NCBI GenBank assembly: GCA_964016885.1
Contig: OZ024740.1
Location: 152,520,001 to 152,584,000 of the forward strand
Length of the DNA stretch: 64,000 nucleotides
Direction: 5' to 3'
Origin: Eledone cirrhosa
Lineage: Eukaryota
In this document: positions 40,082-54,133 of the stretch, one piece after another
How positions within the stretch are numbered: the stretch's first letter is position 1
How the letters are laid out: each line of letters begins with the position of its first letter
Translations under genes and position numbers: made by a program
Notes under the pieces: generated by a model
Database searches by the model: none
Told to the model about the DNA's origin: nothing
The model's input: only the letters and a program-made list of their open reading frames with translations

Positions 40082-40513
40082 TATACATGTTTGTACGTAT
40101 GTATATTTGAGTGTGTTTATGTTTCAATATATTTGTTTATACGGTTCTAAGCAACATAACACGAATTCTTGGTTTTATCTGTAGTTTTATTATTTTCTTA
40201 TGTGTTGCTTATTTTTCCTGTTATTCTGTATGCCTGATTGTGTGTCTCTGTTTTACTCTCTGTCAATCACATTCAGCTTTTATGGCATTGATCAGTCCAA
40301 TGTTATAGTAGGAAACACTTACTTAATGTACAACATGCTTAAAATGTGGTTGCAAAAAGAGCACTCTAACCATACAGCCATGGCTGCATACATACACACA
40401 CACTCACAGAAATACTATATACATACACACACACACACATATATATATATATATGTGTGTGTGTGTGCGTGCGTATGTATGCATGCATGTATGTATGTAT
40501 GTATGTATGTATG

Positions 40514-40629
<116 letters not shown>

Positions 40630-40647
40630 CTGAGTGAGAGAAATAGC

Positions 40648-41728
40648 TGGAACTTAAAATGCAAGAATATAGACTATTCATTAGCTTGGGAAACAGTTTC
40701 AAAGCACTCGCGTACTGAAACACAGCTTTATCTAGATTCTGCAAATTGTGTATTGGGGAAATTGTTTATATACTTAACTGTAAAAACTCTATTGATCTAA
40801 GAACGAATTTATTTAATTCTTGTAGACATCGCCAGAATTCAACATTCAGAACTATATATAATTTATAATTATACTTATTACTATTATTATACTTACTACT
40901 ATTACTTTCCATAACAATCTCATCTACTTGGTTTTAATATATTGATATATCTAAATCATAATATCTCTAACATTTGCTGTACTTCCACTTCTTAAAAATA
41001 GTCATATAATATATATGTATATAATTCTAATTTTTTTAAATTTTAATTTTAATAATTTTTCTTTCTTTAAAAATTACTTATCTCTTAAAAAATTATTTTT
41101 TTAGAAAAAATCTTTCTTTTAATTTTCTCAAAAAGTTTTTTCAAAATTTTTCTTTTTTTTTTCAATATTTTTTCAATATTTTTTCAATATTTTTCAATAT
41201 CTTCTCAATATTTTTTCAATATTTTCAATAGATTAATAACCACTAACTGATTCTGGATAAATGTATCTTAAACATCCATACTTATTTTGACTAAATAGTC
41301 TCACACTAACGAATAAATAAATAAAACCGGAGTTTTTTCCTTATCTTCCCTTTTCAATCATATAAATATAAATATTCATACTTAACTCAGTTAATTTAAT
41401 TTAATTTAATTTTCAATCATTCTCAATTTTAAATACATATATTTATTTACATAAAATACAAAACCAATATCCCACATAACTCATTAGAACAATTATCTAT
41501 AACACCATATACCCATCTATTTATTTATTTATTTAATTATCTACTTATAACAGAAGAAAATATATTATAAACAAATTTTAAACAACTAATAATCTTAAAA
41601 TATCCCTTTAATATAAATACACATACTATTAAGATATATACTTACATATATACATAGATAATTGTTCGAATATATTTCCCTCATATTAACGTTATATGAG
41701 TTTTTTTATTCATCTTCCCTTTTTTCTT

Positions 41729-41813
<85 letters not shown>

Positions 41814-42210
41814 ATTTTGTCCTTCTTCTTTTCTCTCTCTCCATAGTCGTTTAAATAAACGGTTGTTTTTCAATTATTTACATATTCATTTGCATATTCA
41901 CCCATAAGTTTGAAAAATCCCTAATACATTTCCACTATCCAGAGAATATCCAACTGATAAGGTATGATTTTCCTGGGTATGTCTCTATTTATAAAACAAA
42001 CTTTGTATTTTATCTGAAGAAAGCTAACCAAAGTGTTTTGGTACACTTGAAATATATATAATAAAATAAATATGGTTTTATAAATATAGTTTCCATTTAT
42101 TTAATATCATTGAATATTTACTCCAGGAACTTGTTGAGTGCTCTAAATCAGTTATAAACATTTATATTTATATTTGTCGGATTTCCAACAAATTAAATAC
42201 CCCTTCAACT
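40648..42210 (+). mobile_element. PLE 3' fragment: GIY-YIG C-terminus, AT-rich UTR and family D pLTR
   Basis: [15 protein letters not shown] then (frameshift) [13 protein letters not shown]...RTNLFNSCRHR at 40648-40840, parallel to the ends of the PLEs at 8.8 kb and 63.6 kb. Ends in (TA)n. Confidence 0.8.
42006..42068 (+). ncRNA. Type I HHR (family D)
   Basis: TATTTTAT-CTGAAGA-AAG..CCAAA gtgt TTTGG..CTT-GAAA-TATATA-TA-ATAAAATA. Stem II differs in sequence from 26394 but still pairs. Confidence 0.85.
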
Positions 42211-42246
<36 letters not shown>

Positions 42247-43071
42247 CGTTTGATTTTCCACCTCTTTTCTCACTCAGCCTTGAAGAGTCATCCGACGCCA
42301 TTATATCTTCAAATTAATGTCCAACTCACAATTCAATGACTGTTCATCGATCAAGATTTCCGTGATAATTCTTCCGGGGAATTTCTCGCAGCCTTCATCG
42401 GCACTACCAACAATCAGCAGTTGTAATATTATTAGTACTATGTCAGAAAGCCTATGGTTCGCCTCACGGTTGTAAAATCGTGTGTTCGATTCCCTACAGT
42501 GTATTGTATATTTGAGCAAATCACTTTATTTCTGGAATTCAAAATGTCAGCCATATCACACACTGTGTCACGCTGATTCTCCTTGAGAATTGTGTTAAGG
42601 GTGTCTACTGGCATGTTAATTTCACGAGCAGGTTGTTCTGTTGTTCGAACTACTGGAAAACACATATTCACAATTGAAAAAATCCAACATTGATATTTCA
42701 AATTGTCCTGTGTCTGATGCGTTCACAGGTTCTCATTTCTATTGTCAGCTTAACAGCTCTGTGTGCCTTGGATACGTGTAGTTTTTTGTAAAAGTATAGT
42801 TCATATGTTGTGTACTATATTGAAATTATTCTAATATACACACACCAAGAGATGTCAACATGAATGGACCTGTTATTTTTATCTAAAGATATTTTTTTTC
42901 CAATTACAAGCCACCCGCCCCTTCAATCTATCTTATTTCTCATTCTTTCTCCTGATGAAGGACTAGCGTCCGAAACGATAAGTCCCTCTTCTTGCTATTT
43001 CAAGTGTTAACCTAATATATTCCTTCCATATACTTTACCGATTGTGTTGTTATATATGTTTACCTTTTACA

Positions 43072-43141
<70 letters not shown>

Positions 43142-43146
<5 letters not shown>

Positions 43147-43298
43147 GTAATAATAAATTTGAAGACTAAAATCCAAAGAGGGCTCGATAAGGATAAATAT
43201 AGATCAAATATATATATTTGATCACGTGACATGGACAGTTTCAGAAGATCCCGTTAAGGGTGAAAGCAGCTATTCTTTGCTTAAACTTTAATCTGTTA

Positions 43299-43305
<7 letters not shown>
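43142..43305. mobile_element. Family B inverted insert in (TA)n
   Basis: 43142-about 43212 is the reverse complement of 6141-6212, and 43238-43305 matches 6051-6117. Confidence 0.7.
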
Positions 43306-43369
<64 letters not shown>

Positions 43370-43479
43370 CACATATATATATATATGATGAATCGGAATT
43401 TTTTGAGCACACGTGGCATGGACAGACAATGGTAAAACACAGACACATACTTGTTTATTTACCTAACGCAGCAATTGCT

Positions 43480-43810
43480 GGATGTTTAAGGATTATGCTT
43501 TACAGTCATTTGCAACTGAGTTCGATCCCACTAAGTTTGAGTCTTGGATAAGTAATATTTATTGATCTACGCCTTGTCAATGAAATTATTTAGACGGAAT
43601 CTACATAGAAGTTCGTCGGATGGACTGTATCTGAAATTCAAAAGGACAACCATGTCACACACTGTGGCATGCATAATCTCCTTAAGAATCCGGTTAAGGG
43701 TACTCGTGTCGATGGGATGCTCAACCCCCTACACGTTAATTTTATGAGCAAACTGGTCAGTTGATTGAACAACTGGAACACTCATCGTTGAAATCGATGC
43801 TGCTCCATTC
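43480..43810 (+). mobile_element. SINE family 2 (CORE-type, long tail); further copies at about 24060-24320, 44750-44990, 54505-54800 and 42420-42660(-)
   Basis: GAGTTCGATCCC B box, and a shared tail GTCACAC.CTGT...GTTAAGGGTAC.CGTGTC.ATGG.ATGCTCA..CC...CACGTTAATTT...GAACACTCATCGT among copies. Confidence 0.65.
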
Positions 43811-44184
43811 CATTATATACAATTGTCGTATCACATATAAATGACAGTAAAATAAGCAAACATAACTGTTTATTCTCTGGGGAATGATATTATTTATATC
43901 TAAATAGTAATTGATTTTCTAAATAATTGAAACCATAGTTATTGTTGATGATGAGGGTTAGTACGTAAATGTGTATATGTGTGTATATGTATGTATGTGT
44001 ATATGCATGCACATGAGTATTACTGTTTATGTAGATACCTATGTGTGTAGATACATATTCATATGGGAAGTGTAAAGTTACACACGTTTTTATAAACACG
44101 CATAGCGCACACACATAGATACACACACACACACACACACACACATACACACATATATATTTATATATATGTGAAGACAATTAC

Positions 44185-44220
<36 letters not shown>

Positions 44221-44224
<4 letters not shown>

Positions 44225-44576
44225 AAAAAGAGATGAAATCGAAAATGCAACTGGAGTCTTATTTTTAAAAAAAATATATATATTTATTTGGTTCCTTTAC
44301 CGGTTTCGCAGTTCTTCTGCTTTTCAAAAGGTGAGTTGAGATGGAGGGTCTGTGGTTTTTCTCACAGATGTGAGAAAAACCACAGACCCTCCATCTCAAC
44401 TCACCTTTTGAAAAGCAGAAGAACTGCGAAACCGGTAAAGGAACCAAATAAATATATATATTTCTTTTTTAAATAAGACTCCAGTTGCATTTTCGATTTC
44501 ATCTCTTTTTCTTTATACTTTCATTCGTGTAGGACACCTCGGTTATTTTTCAATTTGTAAAAAAAACCTCACTTTC

Positions 44577-44580
<4 letters not shown>
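44221..44580. mobile_element. Family C fold-back insert in (TA)n
   Basis: Inverted arms of about 146 bp centred near 44366, with the right arm about 65 bp longer. ORFs 44265-44447(-) and 44288-44476(+) are near-identical. Confidence 0.85.
44404..44441 (+). ncRNA. Minimal type I HHR, U3-A8 variant (mirror copy 44294-44331, minus strand)
   Basis: CCTT-TTGAAAA-GCAG aagaa CTGC-GAAA-CCGG-TA-AAGG. Confidence 0.7.
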
Positions 44581-44632
<52 letters not shown>

Positions 44633-45879
44633 CATAATGATAATACGACTTAATTTAATGAGAGTAATGAAGATAATTTTGATTTTATGAGGAGTGTTCC
44701 TCTTAATGGTATTGTTGTATGTAGGTTTGGTACTGTTATTGTTTTTATTGATTCACGCCTTATCAGTGAAATTACTTAGACGGAATCTACAACGAAGCAC
44801 ATCGGATGGACTGTACATGAAATTCAAAGGGACACCCTTATCATATACTGTGGCAGGCAGAATCTCTTTGAGAATCACGTTATGGGTACACGTGTCTATG
44901 GAATGCTCAGCCCCTTACACGTTAATTTCATGTGCAGGCTAGTCTGTCGAACAACTGGAACACTCATCGTTGGAACCGATGCTGATCCATTTCGTTATAT
45001 ACAATAGTTGTATCACGTACATATCATAGGTCAGAGGTATGAGCAAAAGCGTTCCAAAAAAGACCTTGATTTTGGTTTATTTTTCGTTCTTGGTTGTTAT
45101 TGATTGTCGCTTTATTATCTAGCCCCAGTTCATGCCTGATCAAGCAGGTATATGATCAAAAGTATTCCAACCGAGACCATACCATCTTCCAGTTTCATCC
45201 AATGTAATCGTTTTAAATATGTAAGTGTGCTAGACATGAGAGGGATTTGCATGCAATTTCTAGCAGGTTGTGCGACCACCAAGAGACTACCGTTATTAAG
45301 TACAAGTCAGCCATGATTTAACTGGAATTAAATTTATTTCGGAGTTGACATTTGGACTACCTTTAATTACATTTTTTATTATAGGGATGAAGGTGACTAA
45401 TTGGCAGAGTTGTTAGGCTCCCTGCATTTTGAGTTCAAATCCCGCCAAAGTCAACTTTGCATTTTACCTTTCAATGTTCATAAAGAATCAGTCCAGTATT
45501 GGGATCGATTCTTCCTTTATCTCTCTGTATATTACACACACACACAAACACTCTCTCTCTCTCTCTCTCTCTGGGAGAAATCGGCTGTTCCCTGACTTGG
45601 ATAGGTATGGGCTCCGCCAGGTTCTAAATACCTAGACCGATGTGTTGTGGCGGCACTCCTATGGCGCTATCAGGAGTTGAGAGAATTTTCTTCTATATCG
45701 TAATACAGGGATCACCAATTTCTTTTCGTAAGTGTCCATTTTTTTTTTTTTTTTTTCAGTTTTGCCCATTGCTCACATGTATATTTTGTTTTATAAGAAT
45801 TTGAAAAGGTTCGAAAACTACAGAAAATACCTGTTGCTAACCCCTGATCTGATATGTTCCTCCCCCTTTTTAAAAATGG

Positions 45880-46392
45880 GTTGGAAGAGGTATTATGACT
45901 GGTCGGTGTAAAGTCAGGCGGCTGGAATGTGCAGACGATGTTACTTAACACGACAGATGGTCATCTCCGACTTGCACTCGATAGGTTTGATGCCAAGTAC
46001 TGAATGGCTGGAATGAAAATCAGTGCTGCGAAAACTGAAACATTCGTCTTGTAAAAGAAGCCTGCGCAGTGAACTCTACATGTAAATAGAATTCCACTGG
46101 AGCAGGTAGAGAAGTTCATGTATCTGGAAGCCGTGTTCACGACTATTGGAAGGCAGGAGACTGAGTTAAGTGCACAAATTGTAGGAGCTGGTGCAGTAAT
46201 GAGCCGGTAGGCGTAAAAGCCAAACTCGCTATCTTCAATTCGGTATTCGTGCCAACCCTTACCTATGCTCAGGAATCTTGGGTAACGTCCGAAAGAATAT
46301 GATCGCGAATACAAGCGGCTGAAATGGGGTTCCTCCGAAGGGTCTTTGGGGTAACGTTACTCAATAGAGTGCGTAATTCGGAGATCAGAGAG
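45880..46392 (+). pseudogene. RTE-clade LINE RT fragment
   Basis: LECADDV, AGMKISAAKTE, LEQVEKFMYL, PTLTYAQESW and IQAAEMGFLRRVFGVTLLNRVRNSEIRE. Confidence 0.85.
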
Positions 46393-46589
46393 CATGAGCA
46401 TGTGGTTAGAAGAAGAAGAAGAAGAAGAAGAAGAAGAAGAAGAAGAAGAAGAAGAAGAAGAAGAAGAAGGGTGCGGAGGAGGGGGTGAGATGAAGGGGGT
46501 GAGAGGAGGAGGAGGAGGAGGAGGAGGAGGAGGAGAAGAAGATAATAATAAACTAGAGGAGATACATGAAATAAAAGCTGACACAAATT

Positions 46590-46880
46590 TCTCTCCTAGG
46601 AACATTGAAAACCTCGTGTGAAATAAAAAACACAAATCAGTTCGCTGGGAAGGTTGTACATGGGTACATGGGTCGGAAACCACCGACAATAGTGGCGATA
46701 AACCACACTAAACGCCTGACATAGAATGGAGTACCAACAGGTTCATGACATTCTACGTTGAAGGATACCTCCACACAATTCATGAACTAGAAATCCCCAC
46801 CAAGTACCAGCTGCACAAAGTAGGAAAGTCATTACTTGATTATAACTATAGGTTGTGCAAAACATAGACCAAATATATTA
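46590..46880 (+). pseudogene. Decayed R4/Dong-like LINE fragment (pre-zinc-knuckle region)
   Basis: VEGYLHTIHELEIPTKY...D...RLC resembles the EG..AIQEQ...T..Y...CRLC region. Confidence 0.45.
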
Positions 46881-47072
46881 GAAAAATTTGGAATGCACTA
46901 ACCACGATATCTGGAAATTTAAAAATCTGTAAAACATTCTTAAGAAACAAAGGATGACCGCTTGCAGAAGGAACGACGGAAATTTCATTTTCTTTAAAAT
47001 CTTACCACCGGGAACGTGGCTGATCGAAAATGACCCCAAACTTAAGAGACAATATACAAATACACATACATG

Positions 47073-47134
<62 letters not shown>

Positions 47135-47396
47135 TGGATAAATTGCGTAACTCGGAGATCAGAGACTCAATCCAGGTAGGGCCGCTACATTTCCGAATTG
47201 AGAGAACATAGCTCCGATACTATGGGAATGTGATTAGAATGTCTCAGGAAAGATTTTACGGGCAAACCCAACCGGCAAGAGACCCAGAGGTAAACCCCGA
47301 GCAAGATCGTTGGATAACATCCCTGAGTTTGGCTGGCCACGCTTGGGGATCCATCCAAATCAGTTGGAGATGGTTGCTTCAGGAATAAATGAGCGA

Positions 47397-47400
<4 letters not shown>
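47135..47400 (+). pseudogene. RTE-clade LINE C-terminal fragment
   Basis: DKLRNSEIR, LRYYGNVIRM and GKRPRGKPR.R..D.I, flanked by (TA)n. Confidence 0.8.
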
Positions 47401-47432
<32 letters not shown>

Positions 47433-47641
47433 GTATATATATAATGTAGAAACTGATATATGTAATAAGGCTAAATAGACGGTAAGATGGAGGAATGAAG
47501 GAAATGAAACAGTTAGTTACCTGGTAATCTTTGATTTTTTGTCTGTTTATTTACAATAATTGTAAATAAACCTTCTTAAAGATGACAATTGCATTTTCAA
47601 CTTTGTATATTTTTACCCGCGTGGGATATATTTAAAAAACT

Positions 47642-47730
<89 letters not shown>

Positions 47731-47731
47731 C

Positions 47732-47794
<63 letters not shown>

Positions 47795-47841
47795 AAGAGG
47801 GAGAGAGAGAGAGAAAGAGATATATGTATATATATATATAT

Positions 47842-47972
47842 AGTAATAATAATAAAATTGAATAAGGATAAATATATATCAAATATATAAGAACCGTAGA
47901 GCAAATATTTATTAAAATAACAGATTAAAGTTTAAGCAAAGAATCGCTGCTTTCACCCTTAACGGGATCTTC
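47842..47972 (-). mobile_element. Family B single arm in (TA)n
   Basis: Reverse complement of 6056-6212 with an internal deletion. Confidence 0.7.
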
Positions 47973-48336
47973 TATATATATATATACATCAGTTATCTTT
48001 AGTATTATCTAGAATATTATTTCAATGAATGTTTGTTGGGACTGTGTATATTCTTTGGCTGCATTTTTTTTTTATGTAAGGTCAACGATTTTGCGAAGAT
48101 GTGACAATCGCATGTATTGTTCCTTATGCAACAGAGATTTTTATTGTTTTCTCCTGATAAATCTAAATTGTCGCTCTATATCATGTCTATGTTAATTATT
48201 CTTTTGTGTACTTCCATATATATTTATAAAAAACACTCCACCTTTTCATTTAGAACTTACATGTAAACAACTCTCATTTATATCATTCGATATATTTGTG
48301 AGTGGGTGAAGGTATGTTTTTGCAAACATATATATA

Positions 48337-48392
<56 letters not shown>

Positions 48393-48501
48393 GTGTGTGT
48401 ACATTAAATATATTACCAAACACTGTTAATTTTATCATAATTTAATTTACATAAGTTTCACCCTAATAGGACTTTCTAGTTTTTATATTTGAAAACGAAT
48501 T

Positions 48502-48546
<45 letters not shown>

Positions 48547-48563
48547 CTCTCCCCCACCCCCAC

Positions 48564-48662
<99 letters not shown>

Positions 48663-48909
48663 CATATATGCTTTGTAATATTTATGAGTTCGTTCACCTA
48701 TTTCGTGCATATTTGAATTATGTACGATTTTTTTCACTTTCCACCGTCTTGTGGATTAGAATTTCTTAAATTTGTTTTATAACTACATGATGCATTTAGA
48801 TAAAATCATCACTTAACTACTTATTGTTAGCAAGGTTCAAGGTTCAGTAATGCCCCTGTTAGATAATAAATGTAGCTAAACACGAGATATCCTCTAGAGA
48901 TATAATAAA

Positions 48910-49020
48910 GGAGCGTTGTCTAGTGGTTAGTGTTTGGGAACGAGGTTATTAGCTCATGGGTTTGATTTCTGGACCGGGTGGCGCGTTGTGTTCTTGAGCA
49001 AGGCACTTCATTTCACTTCG
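48910..49020 (+). mobile_element. CORE-type SINE head
   Basis: TAGTGGTTAG A box, GGGTTTGATTTC B-box-like, CORE-like GTGTTCTTGAGCAAGGCACTT. Confidence 0.7.
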
Positions 49021-50170
49021 CTTTTTATTATATCGTTGCGATCTTTATCACTAAAATACACGAGAAATTTTTTTATGTGATGTCACCTGGCAGGATGGCT
49101 GCTAAACCTGCGCATGTGTGAGCTGTAAATTTCATTTTCCTAGAGATATTGGATTATTGTCTTTTATGTTATATAGCGCGGTGTTTTTTACGATGTTGCC
49201 AGGATGTACTTTGGCTTGTTTTGATCTGTGTATAAAGGCTATTAACGCCATCCCAGCCAAAACCGGCTCTGCTTCTATGTAGCATTCCTCCATATTACAG
49301 GGTTCCTATGTAAATTAAAATCTCCCAACAGAATTTAATGTAATAACCATTTGATAAGTTATGTTACAAAGGCCATCTTAGTAATGGCATTTTAATAAAT
49401 CCATCAAAATTCTTAATTGATTATTGAAATTCCATTTAGTTTTTAAATATATGGTAACGAAAGGGTTTCATAATTATTCTCCTCTTTCAAAATATACAAC
49501 TATGTATTGAAACAGCGGTGCTATTTGAAGGTATCATTTTCTTAAAAAACACAAATATAGACACATAGAAACAAATAAGCGTTCAAACAAAGTGGCGAAC
49601 AGACTAACTGACAGCAAGCTAAGCAGACAGAAAGACGACAAAAAAGAAAGAAAATTAAGAAAAAGTACAAATGACCCTAAAAATAAAAATAAAAACTAAC
49701 AAAAGAGCTAGACAATTGACGCACGGTTGAAATGCAACGGCAAGGCAAATAGCCGTAAACTCGTAAAACATAAAAAAATGACGGAATCAGACAGTTAGAA
49801 ATGAAATAAAATGGACAATATAGAAAAACAACTGAAAAAAAAAATCGCTGAATGAAGAACAAATAAAATAAAATAAAACATGAAAAAGTAAAAGAACAGA
49901 CAAACAGGATATAAAATGATAGCCATTTCGTTATTTGACTGTCGATAAATTTTAATATTTTAAAGTCACAATCTCACTTTATTGAGCGTTTATTTTCCTA
50001 TCAACAGAAATTTGTAAATTAGCCATTACATTCGCTACTTTTTGTTGCTGCGAGAATGTTTATGTTAACGTTTTTAAGTGTATGTATGTGTGTTTGTATG
50101 TATGTTTGTTAGTGTGTTTGTTAGTGTGTATGGTGGTGAATGTGCGTATGTTCACGTGTATGTAAATGCC

Positions 50171-50202
<32 letters not shown>

Positions 50203-50480
50203 CTATCACGGAGAGGAACAATCTAGGTGCAAACCCCATGGTCATTCGTGAACGGAGGGAGTCTTAATATAGATATAGATAGACATTGTGGGCTAGAGGA
50301 TCGACCACGAGCTCGGGCAGTTTCGGCTAGAAACCACCCGAACACGCAGTCGATTCTCTACCTCACTAATATACCCACTCTGCATCATACCATGTATCGA
50401 GAACTACTTTGATTTGTGTTCTTCCTGGTATCCGTAACGCAGATACTCAATATCTATATAGATACTCAATATCTATATAT

Positions 50481-50680
50481 CTATATAAAACTGAAATTGA
50501 CTGTGTGTGTGTGTCCTAATTTTTGCAAAGTCTGTACGAATCGACATTTCTATTCCGATTGACTTCAAACTTGCATTTATATATTCCTTCCGATCTAAAG
50601 ATATTAACTGCAGCTTTTATTTTTAAATTTTCTGTTGTTAAAGGGGTGTTAGGCGCCGATTATCGATCTCTCTCTCTTTC
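50481..50680 (+). mobile_element. Helitron-like 5' end
   Basis: A|TCTATATAAAA...TGTGTGTGT...CCGATTGACTTCAAACTT resembles the 5' end at 23360. No matching 3' end was found. Confidence 0.45.
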
Positions 50681-52509
50681 TTAGTCTGTATTTTTAGATA
50701 GATACATAGCTATAACGCTGTCTGTATGTCTGGCTGTCTGCATTACGACATTATGACAAAAATTGTTCTCATTGCTGAAGTATTATCTTCGCTATTTTCC
50801 GTTCATTGCCAGAGAACGTCTTCACGAACCAAAGTATCATCTTCCTGTTTTCCTTCGGTTGCAACGTTTGAGATATCTACCTCAAAACGATGAAAAACTA
50901 TATTGCCCTCGATGCGATTTGAAGTGAAAACGCAGAGAGCCGGAATGAATACTGCAAAGCATTCTATTTGCTATTCCAACAACTCAGTCTATTCAAGGCT
51001 TCCTCTCCACTATACCTAAACCTCCCATCCGAGAATGCCAACCCTCTGAAATAATACCCTTCCTGTCAACGAATTTCCTGGAAACATTAGCTTATAGATA
51101 CTCAAATTTAATGCAAAACACATTGATATCACCATTATTTAAGGCCTTGCAAATAGCATCACGATAAATCATTTTTCTTGACTAATTCAATAAATCACTA
51201 ACTGTACCTTTCAATTCTTTCTGTTTCAACTCATCATCCTGCAGCTTACTCAGTAGGATATATGATTCAGTCTTAACTACAATATAAGCTACAGTAACTT
51301 CCTGATGGGAGGATCTGAATTCAGACTTTTGCTTCATATTATATGCATTTTTGATTTTATATATCTATAAATTACTGATTTGGTCTGGAGACAAACTGGT
51401 TTTTTATCACGTAGACATCATCGATGTACTTTTCATATTTGGAGGCGAGCAAACTTTCGCCCATGGGCAATAATTGTCTACTCCTACGTGATAATTAGAA
51501 CTTCTAGAATTAAAATAGTTAAAAGTGATCCCATTGTATTTTAAAATAAAGATCACATTGGATAACATAGTTTGAAATACTTTGTGACTGGGAAAACCGT
51601 TGGATGGTTGTGACCGGAATCAGTATTCAACTAGGCTAACATATAACACAATGCTCTCCTGCTCATTTATTCCAGCAAATTACATTGTATCAGAAGTTCT
51701 CAATCAACGAAGATAGTACTGGAGAGTCCGTGATCTAATTAAAAATTTAAAGAAACACATGCTGTTGGGTATCCATTATCTAAGTATATTTTGATTGTTA
51801 TTGTCACCGTATAACAATAGGGAAATTCATTTACAGTAGAAAATAAAAATGAAATTTTATAGTTCACACATACGCGGCTTTAGCTGGGTTCCTGTTATGT
51901 TGCATCTCGTAGGAGATTTCTCGGTTATTTTAATGATAGAGGCCCATGTCCTATCATGAAAATCAGCGTGAAATGAAACGTCTTACTCGAGAAAACAATG
52001 AAACGCCCTATCAAGGAACCGAACTAATAACATTATGACAATGCGTCCAACACGCTTACCACTAGCACACACGGCAAGTGGTCTTAGGAATTAACATTTG
52101 AGAACAACTGTACTATAGTGTTGCCACGTTATAATGGAGACAAAGCGGTAAATTGACAACTGCGTTGCGATATTGATGCTGATAATAAGGAGACGTGTTT
52201 CTCCAAATCTATGCCATATCACCAACATTGATTCACACACGGTTCAGGCATTTCCTATAATTTAAGTTCTTATCTCCATTATTTACAAGGTATTAGATTG
52301 CTATTTCCTGGTCATAAAAAGCAGAGGAACACACACATACAAGCGTGCACACATACATACAAAACACTCACACATATGCAAGCATATATACTTATGTATG
52401 TATGTGTGTATGTGTTTGTGCATCTTTCTCTCTCTATCTCACCCCCTCTCTCTCTGACTTTCTCTCTGTCTTTCTCTCTCTCTCTGTCTTTCTTTCTTTA
52501 ACACACACA

Positions 52510-52575
<66 letters not shown>

Positions 52576-52686
52576 TGTCTGTTCTTCCGGTTTTATTATT
52601 TCATAAATTTTCACCAATAAAGGGAGAGTCGGTTTCTAACATAGAAACGAGACATTTTCATTGGAATTTAGACATCAACTAGATAA

Positions 52687-52751
<65 letters not shown>

Positions 52752-52849
52752 AGGTATGGTTGTTATTGCATGTGTGGATCTGTATATTTTTAGTTATAGG
52801 TTTACACGTGCATATGTTTCTGTAACTGTGTATATATGCAGTTATTACA

Positions 52850-53260
52850 TACTAAATTTCTGAAATGTTTTTCATATTTTAACAATTCTATTAATGGACT
52901 GTACTTGCAACTTCCTAAGTAACCGTGTCTTTCTGGTTCTGTGAAGCCCAGCTTCTCAAGATTTGTACCGATGCGGTTAATAACATATCCCAGAGCCCGA
53001 ATTATCACAGGTACAAATCTAAAAGTATAGTCAGGGTGGAGTATCTACAAATTCCTCATTAGTTCAGCACAAATGATCCCCCTTTCGCTAATCTTTAGCA
53101 TTCTATTGACATCTGCTGGGCAACTAATTTCCAATACTCCGCATGTCTTCTTTTCTCTGTCCTATATTCTATGTCTGGTCTGTTATGTTTGAATTTTATT
53201 GGGGTTTTGACTGGAACATTCCACCAGTACTATTTCATATTATGTATGTGTATGTCCTTC
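52850..53260 (-). pseudogene. R4/Dong-like LINE restriction-like endonuclease fragment
   Basis: YWWNVPVKT...HNRPDI, DREKKTCGVLEISCPADVN, FVPVIIRALG and LEKLGF. Confidence 0.75.
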
Positions 53261-53314
53261 ATATCACTGTTACTTTTTATACCTTTTTTTCTCATACCTC
53301 TTAGGTAGATATTA

Positions 53315-53482
53315 CAGACCTGCCAACCTCTAAAAACCTAAACTAGGAATACCATGAAAAATAGTACCGCAAATCAAGGAGAAATGAGGGAAAATGGTGA
53401 GATTTTACATAATGAAAGCTATACCCATTTTCCCAAAGTGGGTGGGAGATCTTCTCGTTCGACGGGGAGAGTTGACAGGTCG
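53315..53482. mobile_element. Short variant of the CAGACCTGCCAA MITE
   Basis: CAGACCTGCCAAC...GTTGACAGGTC, the reverse complement of about 39888-40081. Confidence 0.75.
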
Positions 53483-53790
53483 TAATGGGATCTTTGGATA
53501 GATGATTATGTTTTGCATGCACCCTATGTGTGATTATATTTTACCATAAGAGACCACGGTATGGTAATGTGTGTCAAGAGTGGACTACTGACGCTTGATT
53601 TACTGCAAAATGAGCTATATCGAACACATACGGAAATTCGAGGATCAACGGAAACTAACGGTTAAATTGAACCAAGTCAAATAAAACAAAATAATGCAAA
53701 TCTTCCTCATCCAAATATTCTTGTTTCAGATGGATTGTGCTTACTTGAATATATATAGATGGTATGAATGTATGTAAGTAGGTAGGTAGG

Positions 53791-53833
<43 letters not shown>

Positions 53834-54046
53834 AAATGGGTAAATACCCACTTCGGTCACGAATTACCATCAGTTATGCACCTAGAAATTTCTCCTCCCA
53901 GACAAAGTGTTTTTTTTTTTGGAAGAGCAGTAGTCGCCTGTGCATAGGTTATATATTTTTATGTATGCATGTATGTATGGATGGATGTATGTGTGTATAT
54001 ATATATATGTGTGTGTTTGTGTGTGTTTGTGTAAATATGCATCTCC

Positions 54047-54133
<87 letters not shown>

